A program made the position numbers and the translations under genes. Source: Malacoraja senta (lineage: Eukaryota). From it: 64,000 nucleotides of DNA. The stretch is from assembly GCA_038087875.1 (NCBI GenBank), contig CM075995.1, positions 11,162,001-11,226,000 of the forward strand. The letters are read 5' to 3'. Below, one piece after another: positions 41,471-53,045 of this stretch. Each line of letters starts with the position of its first letter. Position 1 is the stretch's first letter. The notes under the pieces were generated by a model, which was given only the letters and a program-made list of their open reading frames with translations, was not told where the DNA came from and made no database searches.

Positions 41471-41674
41471 TGTAGATGAGATATGCATGTGCCTTTAACA
41501 TAGTGACCTCATACCTACTAACCACTCCCCATATCACAAGTATATCTACAACCTCCCCACCCACAGATCGCTCTCTAGTTCCTGTGACAGACCACGTACA
41601 GCTAGTGCAATGTGTAATGCTCCAGTATGAATAAAGATAGTAAAGTAACGATGCCTCGTTATACGTTCTTTACA
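41471..41674 (+). repeat. 5' LTR
   Basis: TGTAGATG...TTTACA; contains AATAAA; 203/204 identical to the 3' LTR. Confidence 0.97.
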
Positions 41675-41689
41675 TGGTGTCAAATAACT
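41675..41689 (+). promoter_or_regulatory. Primer binding site (TGGTGTCA..., tRNA-Leu-like)
   Basis: TGG immediately after the LTR; tRNA identity from recall. Confidence 0.7.
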
Positions 41690-41770
41690 TACCTTGCGCC
41701 TCCTGTTTATCGGTTTATCATTTAATTTTGTCCCAGTTTTTTGTTTCCCCCGCCCTCCTATTTCTTTGTC

Positions 41771-42839
41771 ATGGCCTCTTCTGCCCGTAAGCCCGATGTG
41801 CTCGTTTTCGATTTAGACATCGCCCTTCGATGGGACGTATTCAAACGTGACTTTGAACACTATTTCACGATCGCTCATCCTGCCGCCACCGCCGATCTCA
41901 AAGCCTCTCTGCTTCTCAACTTGGCTGGTCCCGAGGCCCTGACTCGCTCTGACTTCTGCGTCTACGCTGATGGCGAATCAGCTCGGGACCCGGTATGTCT
42001 GTTGGCTAAGTTTGACGCTATTTGTGACATTCCGACAAATTGCATCTTAGAACGTTTTAAACTGTTCGCGCGGCATCAGCTCCCTGGGGAATCTGCTGAG
42101 AACTATGTCATTGCGCTGCGGCACCTCGGCAGGCGCTGCCGCCTCCACGCGTGGAACCCTGATGAGATTCTCAGGGACCTTCTGGTTTACGGTCTCCGTG
42201 ATGAGAAGCTCAGGGCCGAACTTCTGCGCAAGCCGGATCTGACTTTAACCGATGCTATGCACGCTACTCGCTTAGCTGAAGCTGTTTCCTCGGCGGCGTC
42301 GCCGGCTGAACAGGCGATCAACTTTGCCAGCACTCCCAGTCATCTCATAAACACACCCCAGTCGCGATCCCCGGGGTCGCTCGCTGCTCGAGGGGGACGC
42401 GCCCCGGTGTTCGGTGCTGCTACAGGGGGAGGTACCCGGCAAAGGTGCCCTAATTGCAACTTCACGACTCATCAATTCAATGTGTGCCCTGCCTTGGGGA
42501 AAACGTGTAATGTCTGCAAAAAATTGAACCATTTTGCTGCGGCTTGTCGTTCCCGTGGGAAGCCTGTCGCTGCTCGAAGGGGAAATTTAAACAACCTTCT
42601 ACAAGCTGACAGTGCGCTCAGCTCCCAGTGCTATTTCGATGAACAGTCTGTTTCTGCATCTGACTCCTCTCAGGGGGAGACCAACTTGTTTACCGTGTTG
42701 GACGCACCTGCTATGATAACGGACCCTTCTGTGCTAGTCACTGTGAACAACTCAACCTTCACTGCTAAGATCGACACGGGGGCTGTGGCCAACGTAATGT
42801 CAACATCTCTTTTCAACCAGATAAGAACTAATGAGCAGA
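41771..42839 (+). CDS. Gypsy gag + protease N-terminal part (cut by L1)
   Basis: MASSARKP...; two Cys/His knuckles CPNCNFTTHQFNVC and CNVCKKLNHFAAAC; protease KIDTGA. Confidence 0.9.
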
Positions 42840-42989
42840 GGACTTCCGGTAGCGTCATGGAACATTGAGGACGCTGCAGTGAGCTTCACTCCCGTAAAAA
42901 TTATCAAAAAGCCGTTTTAAAGTTTAAAATAACTCAACGGAGCTGCTTGGTTTGCATAACGAAAACATCATTAGATAACGGACTTTTAA

Positions 42990-44015
42990 ATGAGCAAGAG
43001 GACTTGTTCACGCGCACCAAAAAAAACTACTATAAGCCTCCAGCTGAAAAGTGTGTTGGATACTCTGCAAACAACTGAAGAAGGTTCTGAGGAGGAGCCC
43101 GATAGCCAAGGAGTTGTGTTGGAAATGGCTACAAAAGGAGGAAAGAAAGAGATGGAGGTAAAGGAAATGTTTGTAGAAATTACTACTACAATTAAGAGTA
43201 TGGAGAATAATATGGAAATATTTTCTCATAAAATTGATGGTGCCTGTGATGAGTTAAAGGAGCTGAAGAAGCAACATAATGAGTTTGATAAAAAACTTAA
43301 CTCAGAAATTGTTAGAGTCGAAAAGGATTATAATAAGAAGCTTTCTGGGGTAAATGCTAAGATGGACAACATTGACGAGAGAATGGAAGAGATGGAAAGT
43401 GATATGAAAGAGATGATCACGGAAATAAACAGTCTGAAAAGATCAAATAAAGATGAAGCAGAAAAGCTGGCAAGAATGACTGACAAATGTTTGGACTTGG
43501 AAGCGAGATCAAGGAGGCAGAATTTGAGAATTGTTGGAGTAAGAGAAGGACGAGAAGAACATGTATCTCAAACACGTACTTTCGTTACTGAATTACTCAA
43601 AGAGGTTCTTAAACTGCCGGGAGAACTAAGAATAGATACTGTTCAACGAGTTGGACGTGTCTCAAGAGGCATAAATGCTGCTCCAAGACAGATAATTGTG
43701 AAATTTCTTGATATCTCTTCAGTGGAAACTATACTGAAGAAGATTGTTCACGGTGAAAATTTGATATATCGTGGGGAAAAGATCCGATTTTTCCGTGATT
43801 ATCCTCCAGAGATTGTCCAGAGAATGAACCTGTTTACACCGACAAGAAACATATTGAGGGGTATTTCTAAAGTCAGATATGGTATTGTTTTTCCTGCAAA
43901 AATGAAAATTACATATAAGGAAATTGAGCGCTCATTTACGGACCCAGAAAAAGCATTTAAATATGCAGAAGATATCATGAAGAAAGCATCCAAAACTTCA
44001 GAGGAAGACGACTAA
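42990..44015 (+). CDS. L1 ORF1p (coiled coil + RRM/CTD)
   Basis: 341 aa; DLEARSRRQNLRIVGVREG, PRQIIVKF, FFRDYPPEIVQR, YGIVFPAKMKI. Confidence 0.92.
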   Translation: MSKRTCSRAPKKTTISLQLKSVLDTLQTTEEGSEEEPDSQGVVLEMATKGGKKEMEVKEMFVEITTTIKSMENNMEIFSHKIDGACDELKELKKQHNEFDKKLNSEIVRVEKDYNKKLSGVNAKMDNIDERMEEMESDMKEMITEINSLKRSNKDEAEKLARMTDKCLDLEARSRRQNLRIVGVREGREEHVSQTRTFVTELLKEVLKLPGELRIDTVQRVGRVSRGINAAPRQIIVKFLDISSVETILKKIVHGENLIYRGEKIRFFRDYPPEIVQRMNLFTPTRNILRGISKVRYGIVFPAKMKITYKEIERSFTDPEKAFKYAEDIMKKASKTSEEDD

Positions 44016-44990
44016 AGGAATGAACATGGAACTTTTTAATTTCTAAGATGGAGCTGGAACCGGCGGATTTCTCAGACAGTTACTGAGCTTATCTGTCTGG
44101 AATGTATTGGACAATATTGTTTAACCTTGAATGAAAAGCTCTTGTACAAAGAACGAGATAACCTGAGTATTTAACTATTATATGCTAATTACAATTAACT
44201 AACTAACTTTAACAAAACTAATGTGAGTGTGTGTAGTAAATATGTATATTCATGAATAAACCATTGCTTATAAATTGTAATTAACCAAAATGTCTATAAC
44301 ATTACTAACATTTTCTCTCTTTTTTTTTTGAGTGGGAACGCAACATAAACTTGGAAAAAAGCCAGGAATGAGGTTAACCCCTCGATACCTGCTTGTAGGG
44401 TAGCTGGCTAGATAAATTGGTACAGTACAAATACTTATAGAAATTAGAATAGGTTGTGGTTTATATTTGGATTTGGGGTTTAATTACATTAATGTTTTCT
44501 TTTTTTTTTTTTTACTCTTTAATATTTTATTTTTGCATATTTTTGTTATTATTATTATTATTATTACTAATTTTTTATTTTTTATTTTATTAAATTAATT
44601 TTTTGGGGGGCATTTTACTAACGCTAGTTTGATAAAGTTATACAAGAATAAACGAGACGGTTTGTAGGTTTTTTTTTTAAATTATTTTTTACGAGGTGTT
44701 AATAAGGGATTGGGGCTCACTGTAAAATAACATCAATGGAAGTCGATAATTCTTTCGCCACCTTAGGTGGCTACTTGTTTTTAAGGTACCTGCTTTTAGA
44801 TACCTTAATTTCACTTTTTTTTTAAAATCACTTAATTAATTGTAAATCACAACTTTTCTTGCTTTATCTAAGGCACTTTTGGAGATGGAGATGTAATGTA
44901 AACTTTAAAATTTGGAATGACCACCCAACGTCCAGAACACGGAGGTATTTGTTTGCACCATATGTTTCAAGAACATCACTTTGATATACA

Positions 44991-47900
44991 ATGCAGGACG
45001 ATAGGCAAATAAAGAATGGAGGAATCACATTCTGTAGTTGGAATATAAGGGGTGCCAATGAACCAATAAAGAGGGGTAAAATTTTTGCTCATCTAAAATC
45101 TTTGAAAAGCGACATAATCTACTTGCAAGAAACTCACATGAAACAGGAAACACAAATGAGATTAAAGGCGAAGTGGATAGGCCAAACATATTATTCGTCA
45201 TTTACTTCTAAATCTAGAGGTACGGCTATTCTTATTCGAAAAGGTATACCGTTCAAATTAAAGAATACTATATCAGATAAAGAGGGAAGGTATATTATAG
45301 TTTCGGGAGAAATTTATGCTACCCCAATAACTATGGTAAATATTTACGCTCCGAATTTTGATAACCCTCAATTTTTTGAGAAAATTATAGATATAATACA
45401 GGAGTTTAATTATCAAAATGTCATAATAGGAGGGGATTTTAATTGTGTTTTAGATCCTTACTTAGACAAATCAGCAAAACAAAGAAGGAGTAATACAAAA
45501 TCTAAGACTAGTGAATTTCTAAATACATATATAAAAAATACTAACATAACAGATGTATGGAGATCTGCTAACCCAGCAGGAAGGGAATACTCGTTTTACT
45601 CTTCGGTACATAAAACATACTCAAGAATTGATTATTTTTTAGTGGATAGGAAATTAATGCCATATATAATTAACCCAACTTACCATATTAGTAGTATTTC
45701 TGATCACTCTCCATTGACTTTTTTAGTAAAATTTGAAGGAATGCCGGGAATTTTTTTTTTTTTGAGGTTTAACACATATATATTAAATGACCTACAGGGT
45801 TATCAATATTTGAAACAACAAATGATATCATTTTTTGAGATAAATGATACACCAGGTACCTCACCTTCTTTAATATGGGAAACTTTTAAAGCATTTATTA
45901 GAGGAATTATAATTTCATATGAAATTTTTCAAAATAAGAAGAATAAAACTGAACAGATGCTGTTAGAACAAGAAATAAGACAGTTAGAGTTAGATAATGC
46001 TAAAGATCCCACTATAGATAAACATAATAAGATAATACTACTGAAATTTAAACTTAACCGAATTCTCTCGGCAAGAGTAATAAGATTATTCCAAATTACA
46101 AAACAGGAACATTTTGAGTTTGGTGACAAACCACATAAGCTGTTGGCGCGTCAATTGAAAAAACAGGAAAAGGAAAATACTATAAATAAAATTAAATCTG
46201 AGAATGGTGAATTACTAACACTACCTAAAGATATCAATAAAAGATTTGTTCAATTTTATCAGAATTTATACACATCAAAAACCAAAACAGAAGATAATAA
46301 AATTACAAATTTTTTAGATAAATGTAATCTACCAAAACTTGACCTTTTGGAACAAGAAGAACTAGGAGCGCAAATTACAATCGAAGAAATAGGTGAAACA
46401 ATAAAATTGCTGAAAAATGGTAAGACACCGGGACCAGATGGTTTTAGTAATGAATTTTATAAAAAGTTTCATGAGATAACGACCCCCTATCTATTTAATT
46501 TATATACTCACGTTTTTAAAGAAAATAAATTACCTGAAACATTAGCAGAATCAACTATTACGCTTATTCCAAAGAAAGATAAAGATCTAGAGGAACCGGG
46601 TTCATATAGAGCTATATCACTTCTAAATACCGACCAGAAAATTCTAGCAAAGACCTTAGCTAGAAGACTAAGCAAATATATTAGTAAATTGATAAACCCT
46701 GATCAAACGGGGTTTATACCCAAAAGATATTCATTTAATAATTTGAGACGCCTGTTTAATATAATGTACTCACATAAAAAGGAAGAAAAAGACTTAGCAA
46801 TTATTTCTTTGGACGCAGAGAAAGCATTTGATCAGGTAGAAGGGCAGTATTTATACATAGTATTACAAAAATTTAATATGGGAGAGAATTTTATTGCATG
46901 GGTGAAATTATTATATGATAAACCGATGGCAAGAATATTAACTAACAGCATGTTATCTCAAAAATTTCAATTATCAAGGGGTAATAGGCAGGGATGTGCT
47001 TTATCACCCCTGCTATTTGCCCTTATGATAGAACCTCTGGCTGAAAGTATAAGAAGCCATCCGAATATTCAGGGTTATAATACTAGGGACTCAAATAATA
47101 AAATTTCATTGTATGCAGACGATATTTTGTTATATATAACAAATTCACAAACGAGTATACCAAATTTATTAAATTTAATAGAGGAATTTGGGTCCTTTTC
47201 AGGATATAGAATAAATTGGAACAAAAGTGAAATTATGACGTTAAAACCTCAAGAATCCACACACTTATTGAAATTCCCCTTTAAAATAGCAACAGAAAAA
47301 TTCAAATATCTGGGTATACAGATTACTAGAAAACATAAAGCTTTATTCAACGCTAATTTTATACCCTTAATAAATAAACTTAATATAATGATAAAATTTT
47401 GGAAAACACTCCCTTTATCATTAATAGGCAGAATAAATGCTATTAAAATGAGCTTCTTACCACAGTTATTATACTTATTTCAATCTATACCAGTATATGT
47501 ACCAAAATATTTCTTCTCTAAACTGAATGCTAATATTACTAATTTTGTTTGGGATTACAAATCACATAGAATTAAAAAAGAACACTTATGTAAACCAAAA
47601 GATGTCGGGGGACTTTCACTCCCTAATTTTTTGTATTACTATTGGGCAATACATATTAAGAATATAATTTACTGGTTGGATAGTTCAACTCAACAGACAG
47701 AATGGATAAAAATGGAGAAAGAGGATTGTTATCCTTGTAATATAGGAACAATCCTCTTCTCCCCGAAAAAAATGAACAATACAATATATAAGAAAAACCC
47801 AATTATACAAGATACAATAAGAATATGGAAACAAATAAAACTATCCTTAAAATTAAGAAACCTATCATTGTTAACACCGATAGCGAATAATCCTTTATTT

Positions 47901-48800
47901 AAACCATCTATGATGGATAAAATATATAATCAATGGGAAAGTTTAGGAATTAAAAGGATCGGGGATATGTATGAAATGGGAGATTTATTATCATTTCAAC
48001 AATTACAATTAAAATTTAAACTGAAAAATACTCATTATTTTAAATATTTTCAGATTTGTAATTTTTTGAAGACATACATACAGGGATATCAAAAAATAAC
48101 TCCTGATTTACTAGAGGAAGTAATGAATATAAAAGCTGATACACAAAAATTAATAGCATATTTATATAATAGTATCTTAAATATAGATTTACCTGTGACC
48201 GAGGTAATTAGAGAAGAGTGGGAACGGGAATTATTGATAAAAATTACGAAGGCTACATGGGAAAAGTATTTGACATACATTCACAAGTGTTCGATTAACG
48301 CAAGACATAATCTAATCCAATTTAAAATTTTACATAGATTATATTACTCAAAAACAAGATTAAATAAATTTTATCCAAATATATCGCCCATTTGCGATAA
48401 ATGTTTAATCCAAGAAGCAACTATAACACACTCTTTTGTTTCTTGTATAAAACTTCATGGATTTTGGAGTGATATTTTCGAAATATTTACAAAATTATTT
48501 AAGACAAAAATGGAACCCAATAATGAATTGATTATATTTGGGGTAATGGAAGACGGGAACAAATTGAGCTCATCTCAAAAGTCAATTTTTAATTATGGTT
48601 TAATAATAGCAAAAAAATTAATATTGAAATTTTGGAAAAATACACCAATACCAACGCTCAAAATGTGGATTGCAAGTATGTTGGATACCGCACATCTTGA
48701 GGAAATGCGATTCCTCCTAATAGATAAATTTGACCAATTCATAACGAGTTGGTCTCCATTTGTCGTCTTTTTGGAAACGTATGGTGCAAAACAGGTGTAA
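44991..48800 (+). CDS. L1 ORF2p (APE endonuclease, RT, CCHC)
   Basis: Uninterrupted 1269 aa; SWNIRG, LQETH, GGDFN, SDHSP, RQGCALSP, LYADD, CDKC..HSFVSC. Confidence 0.96.
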   Translation: MQDDRQIKNGGITFCSWNIRGANEPIKRGKIFAHLKSLKSDIIYLQETHMKQETQMRLKAKWIGQTYYSSFTSKSRGTAILIRKGIPFKLKNTISDKEGRYIIVSGEIYATPITMVNIYAPNFDNPQFFEKIIDIIQEFNYQNVIIGGDFNCVLDPYLDKSAKQRRSNTKSKTSEFLNTYIKNTNITDVWRSANPAGREYSFYSSVHKTYSRIDYFLVDRKLMPYIINPTYHISSISDHSPLTFLVKFEGMPGIFFFLRFNTYILNDLQGYQYLKQQMISFFEINDTPGTSPSLIWETFKAFIRGIIISYEIFQNKKNKTEQMLLEQEIRQLELDNAKDPTIDKHNKIILLKFKLNRILSARVIRLFQITKQEHFEFGDKPHKLLARQLKKQEKENTINKIKSENGELLTLPKDINKRFVQFYQNLYTSKTKTEDNKITNFLDKCNLPKLDLLEQEELGAQITIEEIGETIKLLKNGKTPGPDGFSNEFYKKFHEITTPYLFNLYTHVFKENKLPETLAESTITLIPKKDKDLEEPGSYRAISLLNTDQKILAKTLARRLSKYISKLINPDQTGFIPKRYSFNNLRRLFNIMYSHKKEEKDLAIISLDAEKAFDQVEGQYLYIVLQKFNMGENFIAWVKLLYDKPMARILTNSMLSQKFQLSRGNRQGCALSPLLFALMIEPLAESIRSHPNIQGYNTRDSNNKISLYADDILLYITNSQTSIPNLLNLIEEFGSFSGYRINWNKSEIMTLKPQESTHLLKFPFKIATEKFKYLGIQITRKHKALFNANFIPLINKLNIMIKFWKTLPLSLIGRINAIKMSFLPQLLYLFQSIPVYVPKYFFSKLNANITNFVWDYKSHRIKKEHLCKPKDVGGLSLPNFLYYYWAIHIKNIIYWLDSSTQQTEWIKMEKEDCYPCNIGTILFSPKKMNNTIYKKNPIIQDTIRIWKQIKLSLKLRNLSLLTPIANNPLFKPSMMDKIYNQWESLGIKRIGDMYEMGDLLSFQQLQLKFKLKNTHYFKYFQICNFLKTYIQGYQKITPDLLEEVMNIKADTQKLIAYLYNSILNIDLPVTEVIREEWERELLIKITKATWEKYLTYIHKCSINARHNLIQFKILHRLYYSKTRLNKFYPNISPICDKCLIQEATITHSFVSCIKLHGFWSDIFEIFTKLFKTKMEPNNELIIFGVMEDGNKLSSSQKSIFNYGLIIAKKLILKFWKNTPIPTLKMWIASMLDTAHLEEMRFLLIDKFDQFITSWSPFVVFLETYGAKQV

Positions 48801-49099
48801 AAGCTAATCCGTGACTGCGGATGGTCAAGATTATAAATGATCTCCTTCTATTTTCTTTTCTTCTTTTCTTTTCATTTATTCTCTTTCTTCTATTTTCTAT
48901 GTCTCAACTTTCTTATTTCATTCTTTATTTTTCTTTTTCACACACTATATATCTCACATTTTTCTATTTTTCATTATCTAACTTTTTTCTTTTTCTTCTT
49001 TATTTCAAAAAATTTAAAAAATAAGAAGCTGTACATAAAAGGTATTATGAAAATATGATTGTATACAATTGTACTTACTTCTAATAAACTAAAAGCAGA

Positions 49100-52000
49100 T
49101 ATTTTCCCAGAGCTCAACCTTGCATGCCTACGGTGGGGAGATTCTTACTCCTGTGGGCAAGGCCACGCTACGCTGTAAGATACTAGAGACCTCTCGGCCC
49201 CTCACCTTCTATCTCCTCAATCAAAAATGCATTCCCCTGCTGGGGATCCAGGCATGCCAGGAAATGGGACTGGTGTACTTCCACCGTGACATCCACCAGG
49301 TGCAGACTCTTATGGACCCGCTGGCCGATTATCCCGACCGCTTTGATGATAAGCTAGGCAAACTACCCTGCAGCTACAAGATTGTAGTGGACCGTAAGAT
49401 CGTTCCTGTGGTCCATGCTCCTCACCGTGTCTCCTTCGCCATGAGGGACAGAGTGGAGGCGACCCTACACAGTATGGTACAAATGGGCATCCTAAAGGCG
49501 GTCGTCGAGCCCACCAGCTGGGTCTCTTCCATGGTTGTTGCTGCTAAAAAGGACATGAGCGAGATACGCATCTGCATCAACCCCAAAGACCTCAACCTGG
49601 CCATTAGACGCCCTCACTACCCTATGAGAACGGTGGAAGAAGTCGCTGCACAGGTTGGTCCAGCAACGTTTTTTTCTGTCCTCGATGCCAAAAGCTCCTT
49701 CTGGCAGATACCACTGGACGAGCGGTCGTCCATTTTGACAACTTTCGCCACCCCCTACGGAAGGTTTCGGTTCCTCCGAATGCCATTCGGGATCAACTCT
49801 GCCAGCGAGGTATTTCAGCGGACAATGGAGCAGTTGTTTTTAGGTCTACCATGCGCCATAATTGTTGACGACATCCTCGTTTACGGTGAGGACGTTGCCG
49901 AACACGATGTCAACCTCCGCCAGGTCCTGGACCGGGCCCGGCAAATCAACTTGAAACTGAACCCCAAGAAGTGCCGATTCCGCGTCCCGGAGGTCACCTA
50001 TGTTGGACATGTATTCACCGCTGAGGGGTTAAAGCCAGACCCGCAGAAAACGGCTGCCATTTCAGGGATGCCCCCTCCCACCAATGTGGCAGGCCTGCAA
50101 CGCTTCCTAGGCTTGGTAAACTACCTGGGGAAGTTCATCCCCGACCTCAGCGAGCTCAGCGCTCCCCTGAGGGATCTGATCAAAAAGGACACGTCCTGGC
50201 TTTGGTTACCCAACCATCAGAAGGCATTCGACATTCTTAAGTCTAAGCTGATCAGCACCCCCACGCTCAAGTTCTTTGACCTGCAGCGTCCCATTGTCCT
50301 CACCTGCGACGCCTCTCAGTTCGGACTCGGTGCCGCCTGTCTCCAGGTCCATGACGGCCTGCAGCTGCCTGTCTCCTTCGCGTCCCGCACCATGACCGCC
50401 ACCGAACAGCACTACGCGCAGATCGAGAAGGAGCTACTGGCCGTGGTGTTTGCCTGCTCCAAATTCCGGGACTACATCGTGGGCAACACTTTCACCGTTG
50501 AAACTGACCATCAGCCACTTGTCACCATCCTCAACAAGTCGATCCATGTGGCCTCATCACGCCTGCAGCGCATGATGCTGCAGCTCCAGCGCTTCACGTT
50601 CACGGTGGTTTATCGTAAGGGCAAGGACATGTTCGTGGCCGACACGTTGTCTCGCGCCCCGCTGACGTCCACCGCTCGCCACCAATATGAAATGTCTGAG
50701 CTATTGGTGCTACGATTGAACATCGTCCCCTCACAGCAGATGAAGTCCCTGGTTGAACACACTACCAATGACCCTGCCCTGCAACAGCTGTCTGCCGTCA
50801 TCCGGCAGGGCTGGCCTGACCGTCGTTCGGCACTGCCGGCTGGTGCCGTGCCCTACTTCCTGGTCCGTGACGAGCTCGTACTGCACGACGGCGTGGTGGT
50901 GAAGGGTCACAAGGTGGTCGTGCCCGCGGCGCTGCACGACCACTATTTTCAAGTCGCTCACCGCGGTCATCCTGGGGCCGAAGCCACCGTGTCTCTCGCC
51001 AGGAGCCAGTTCTATTGGCCGGATATGGCCAAATACATCCGGGAGAGGGTCTCCTCGTGTTCCACCTGCAACAGCCTCGCCCCCCACCAGCAGCGCCAGC
51101 CGCTTCTACAGCAGCCCGCGCCCGAACTGCCCTGGATGGCGCTTGCCGCTGACATTTTCGAGTGGCGGGGCAAACATTTCCTGGTTCTCGTTGACTCCTA
51201 CTCCAGCTGGTTTGTGGTCGACCGGCTGCATTCCATAACCTCTTCGGCCGTCATCGATAGGTTGTACCCTCATTTTGGCACTTTTGGCCCCCCGGCAAGT
51301 CTGCAGTCGGACAATGGCAGCCAGTTCACGAGCTCCGAGTTTAAAGCGTTCGCTTCCAGATGGAACTTCCGCCATTTCACCAGCAGCCCGGAGTACCCGC
51401 AAAGCAACGGTTTGGCTGAGCGCGCAGTCCGCAGCGCGAAGCACCTGTTGGAACAGTGTGGTGGCATTAACTCCGACTTCCATCTGGCCCTCCTCAACCT
51501 TCGGAACATTTCCCGCGACTATGTCATGGGTTCACCTGCTCAGCGGCTCATGTCTCGCGCTACCAGACTCCCGCTCCCTGTGGCCCAGCGCTCCCTCATA
51601 CCCTCCATCCTCCCACCTGCGGCGGTTCAGAAACGCATTGCCTTCAGGCACGACGTCCAAAAGCGTTCCCATGACAGGTCCTGCCACCCGCTGCCGCGCC
51701 TCTTCCCCGGTCAAGTTGTCCGTATGCAGACCGCTCCCGGTCACTCCAAGCTCGCTACCGTCGTCGGCTCTGCGGGGTCGCCCAGGTCCTATCTCGTCGA
51801 CCACGCTGGAGCCATTTACCGACGGTCCCGCCAGCACCTTCGGCTCGTCAACGAGCCGCGTCCTCCTGCCGCGGATCCCTTTGCTCCCCCACTGCCTGTT
51901 TCGCGTCAGGGCGTTGCTCTGCCCGTCCTTCCTGACATGCAACGTTCTGCTCCTCCTCAGCCCCTTCCGTTCCACCCGCTCCGACTAGTCCTCGCTCGCC

Positions 52001-52218
52001 TGCCCGCGCTCTTCCCGGTCCTGATCTCGCATCCCCTCCGGGTTCGGTGCCGCGGTCTCCTCCGTCTCCTCCCGTTTCCCCCTTTCAGGTTCGTCTGTCC
52101 CCGCCGGTGCCTCTTCCTCCTGCAGGAAGGGTGGATGGCGAGACGCGAACCCGGGCGGGACGTCTTGTCAAACCGCCTGACCGCTATGGCGATTTTGTTT
52201 AACTATCCTAGCGCATGA
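49100..52218 (+). CDS. Gypsy pol (protease C-terminal part, RT, RNase H, integrase)
   Basis: VLDAKSSFWQI, RMPFGI, IIVDDILV, CDASQFGLGA, ETDHQPL, HHCC, SDNGSQF, SNGLAERAV. Confidence 0.95.
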
Positions 52219-52260
52219 GCCGTGGTCGCCATGTCACCATTGTATTTGCCTGTCGTTTCG

Positions 52261-52271
52261 AAGAGGAAAGA
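52261..52271 (+). promoter_or_regulatory. Polypurine tract
   Basis: AAGAGGAAAGA directly before the 3' LTR. Confidence 0.85.
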
Positions 52272-52475
52272 TGTAGATGAGATATGCATGTGCCTTTAAC
52301 ATAGTGACCTCATACCTACTAACCACTCCCCATATCACAAGTATATCTACAACCTCCCCACCCACAGATCGCTCTCTAGTTCTTGTGACAGACCACGTAC
52401 AGCTAGTGCAATGTGTAATGCTCCAGTATGAATAAAGATAGTAAAGTAACGATGCCTCGTTATACGTTCTTTACA
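52272..52475 (+). repeat. 3' LTR
   Basis: Copy of 41471..41674 with one C/T difference. Confidence 0.97.
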
Positions 52476-53045
52476 CTATTGATAATTTTAGAAATCATAC
52501 ATTTCATTTCATTCTCCCACCCACCCCCCACCAAAACAAAAACAATAAAAAATGGTTGTCCAGGGACCGTTGCAGGAGGAGGAGCAGCGTCCGGGTGGTG
52601 AGTAGATAAACGGCGCGGGGTTTTACTTTCCAGACGCCCAGGGACCGTTGCAGGAGGAGGAGCAGCGTCCGGGTGGTGAGTAGATAAACGGCGCGGGGCT
52701 TTGCTTTCCAGACGCCCAGGGACCGTTGCAGGAGGAGGAGCAGCGTCCGGGTGGGGAGTAGTTAAACAGCGCGGGGCTTTGCTTTCCAGACGCCCAGGGA
52801 CCGTTGCAGGAGGAGGAGCAGCGTCCGGGTGAGGAGTAGTTAAACAGCGCGGGGCTTTGCTTTCCAGACGCCCAGGGACCGTTGCAGGAGGAGGAGCCAA
52901 AACTGCAACGTTCCATTCAAGTTTCCTATAAGTGAGGAAGCCGCTGATTGGTGGAAGAGGACAAAGAGAAAGCAGCTGATTGGGAGTCGGATCCCTGCTG
53001 ATTTCCTCCACCAGTTTTGTATTCTATCCAGGGTAAGGGGGGAGT

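Larger units (their letters stand above)
42840..49093 (+). mobile_element. Full-length L1-clade LINE with 6-bp TSD AGCAGA
   Basis: Starts GGACTTCCGG; ORF1, about 975-nt spacer, ORF2, T-rich 3'UTR, AATAAA and short A tail; TSD at 42834-42839 and 49094-49099. Confidence 0.95.
41471..52475 (+). mobile_element. Ty3/Gypsy LTR retrotransposon (Mag-like), complete, interrupted by L1
   Basis: Two 204-bp TG..CA LTRs, 5-bp TSD CTATT (41466-41470 and 52476-52480), PBS, PPT, order gag-PR-RT-RH-IN. Confidence 0.97.

Noticed and set aside
49855..49880. RT motif IVDD instead of YxDD as an inactivating change
   Set aside because: Both catalytic Asp residues are intact, and from recall aliphatic variants are usual in this Gypsy group.
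52460..53011. Antisense ORF with 26-aa repeats (ORF0-like)
   Set aside because: Follows from the 78-bp unit being a multiple of 3; not preserved in the sibling copy's 82-bp units.
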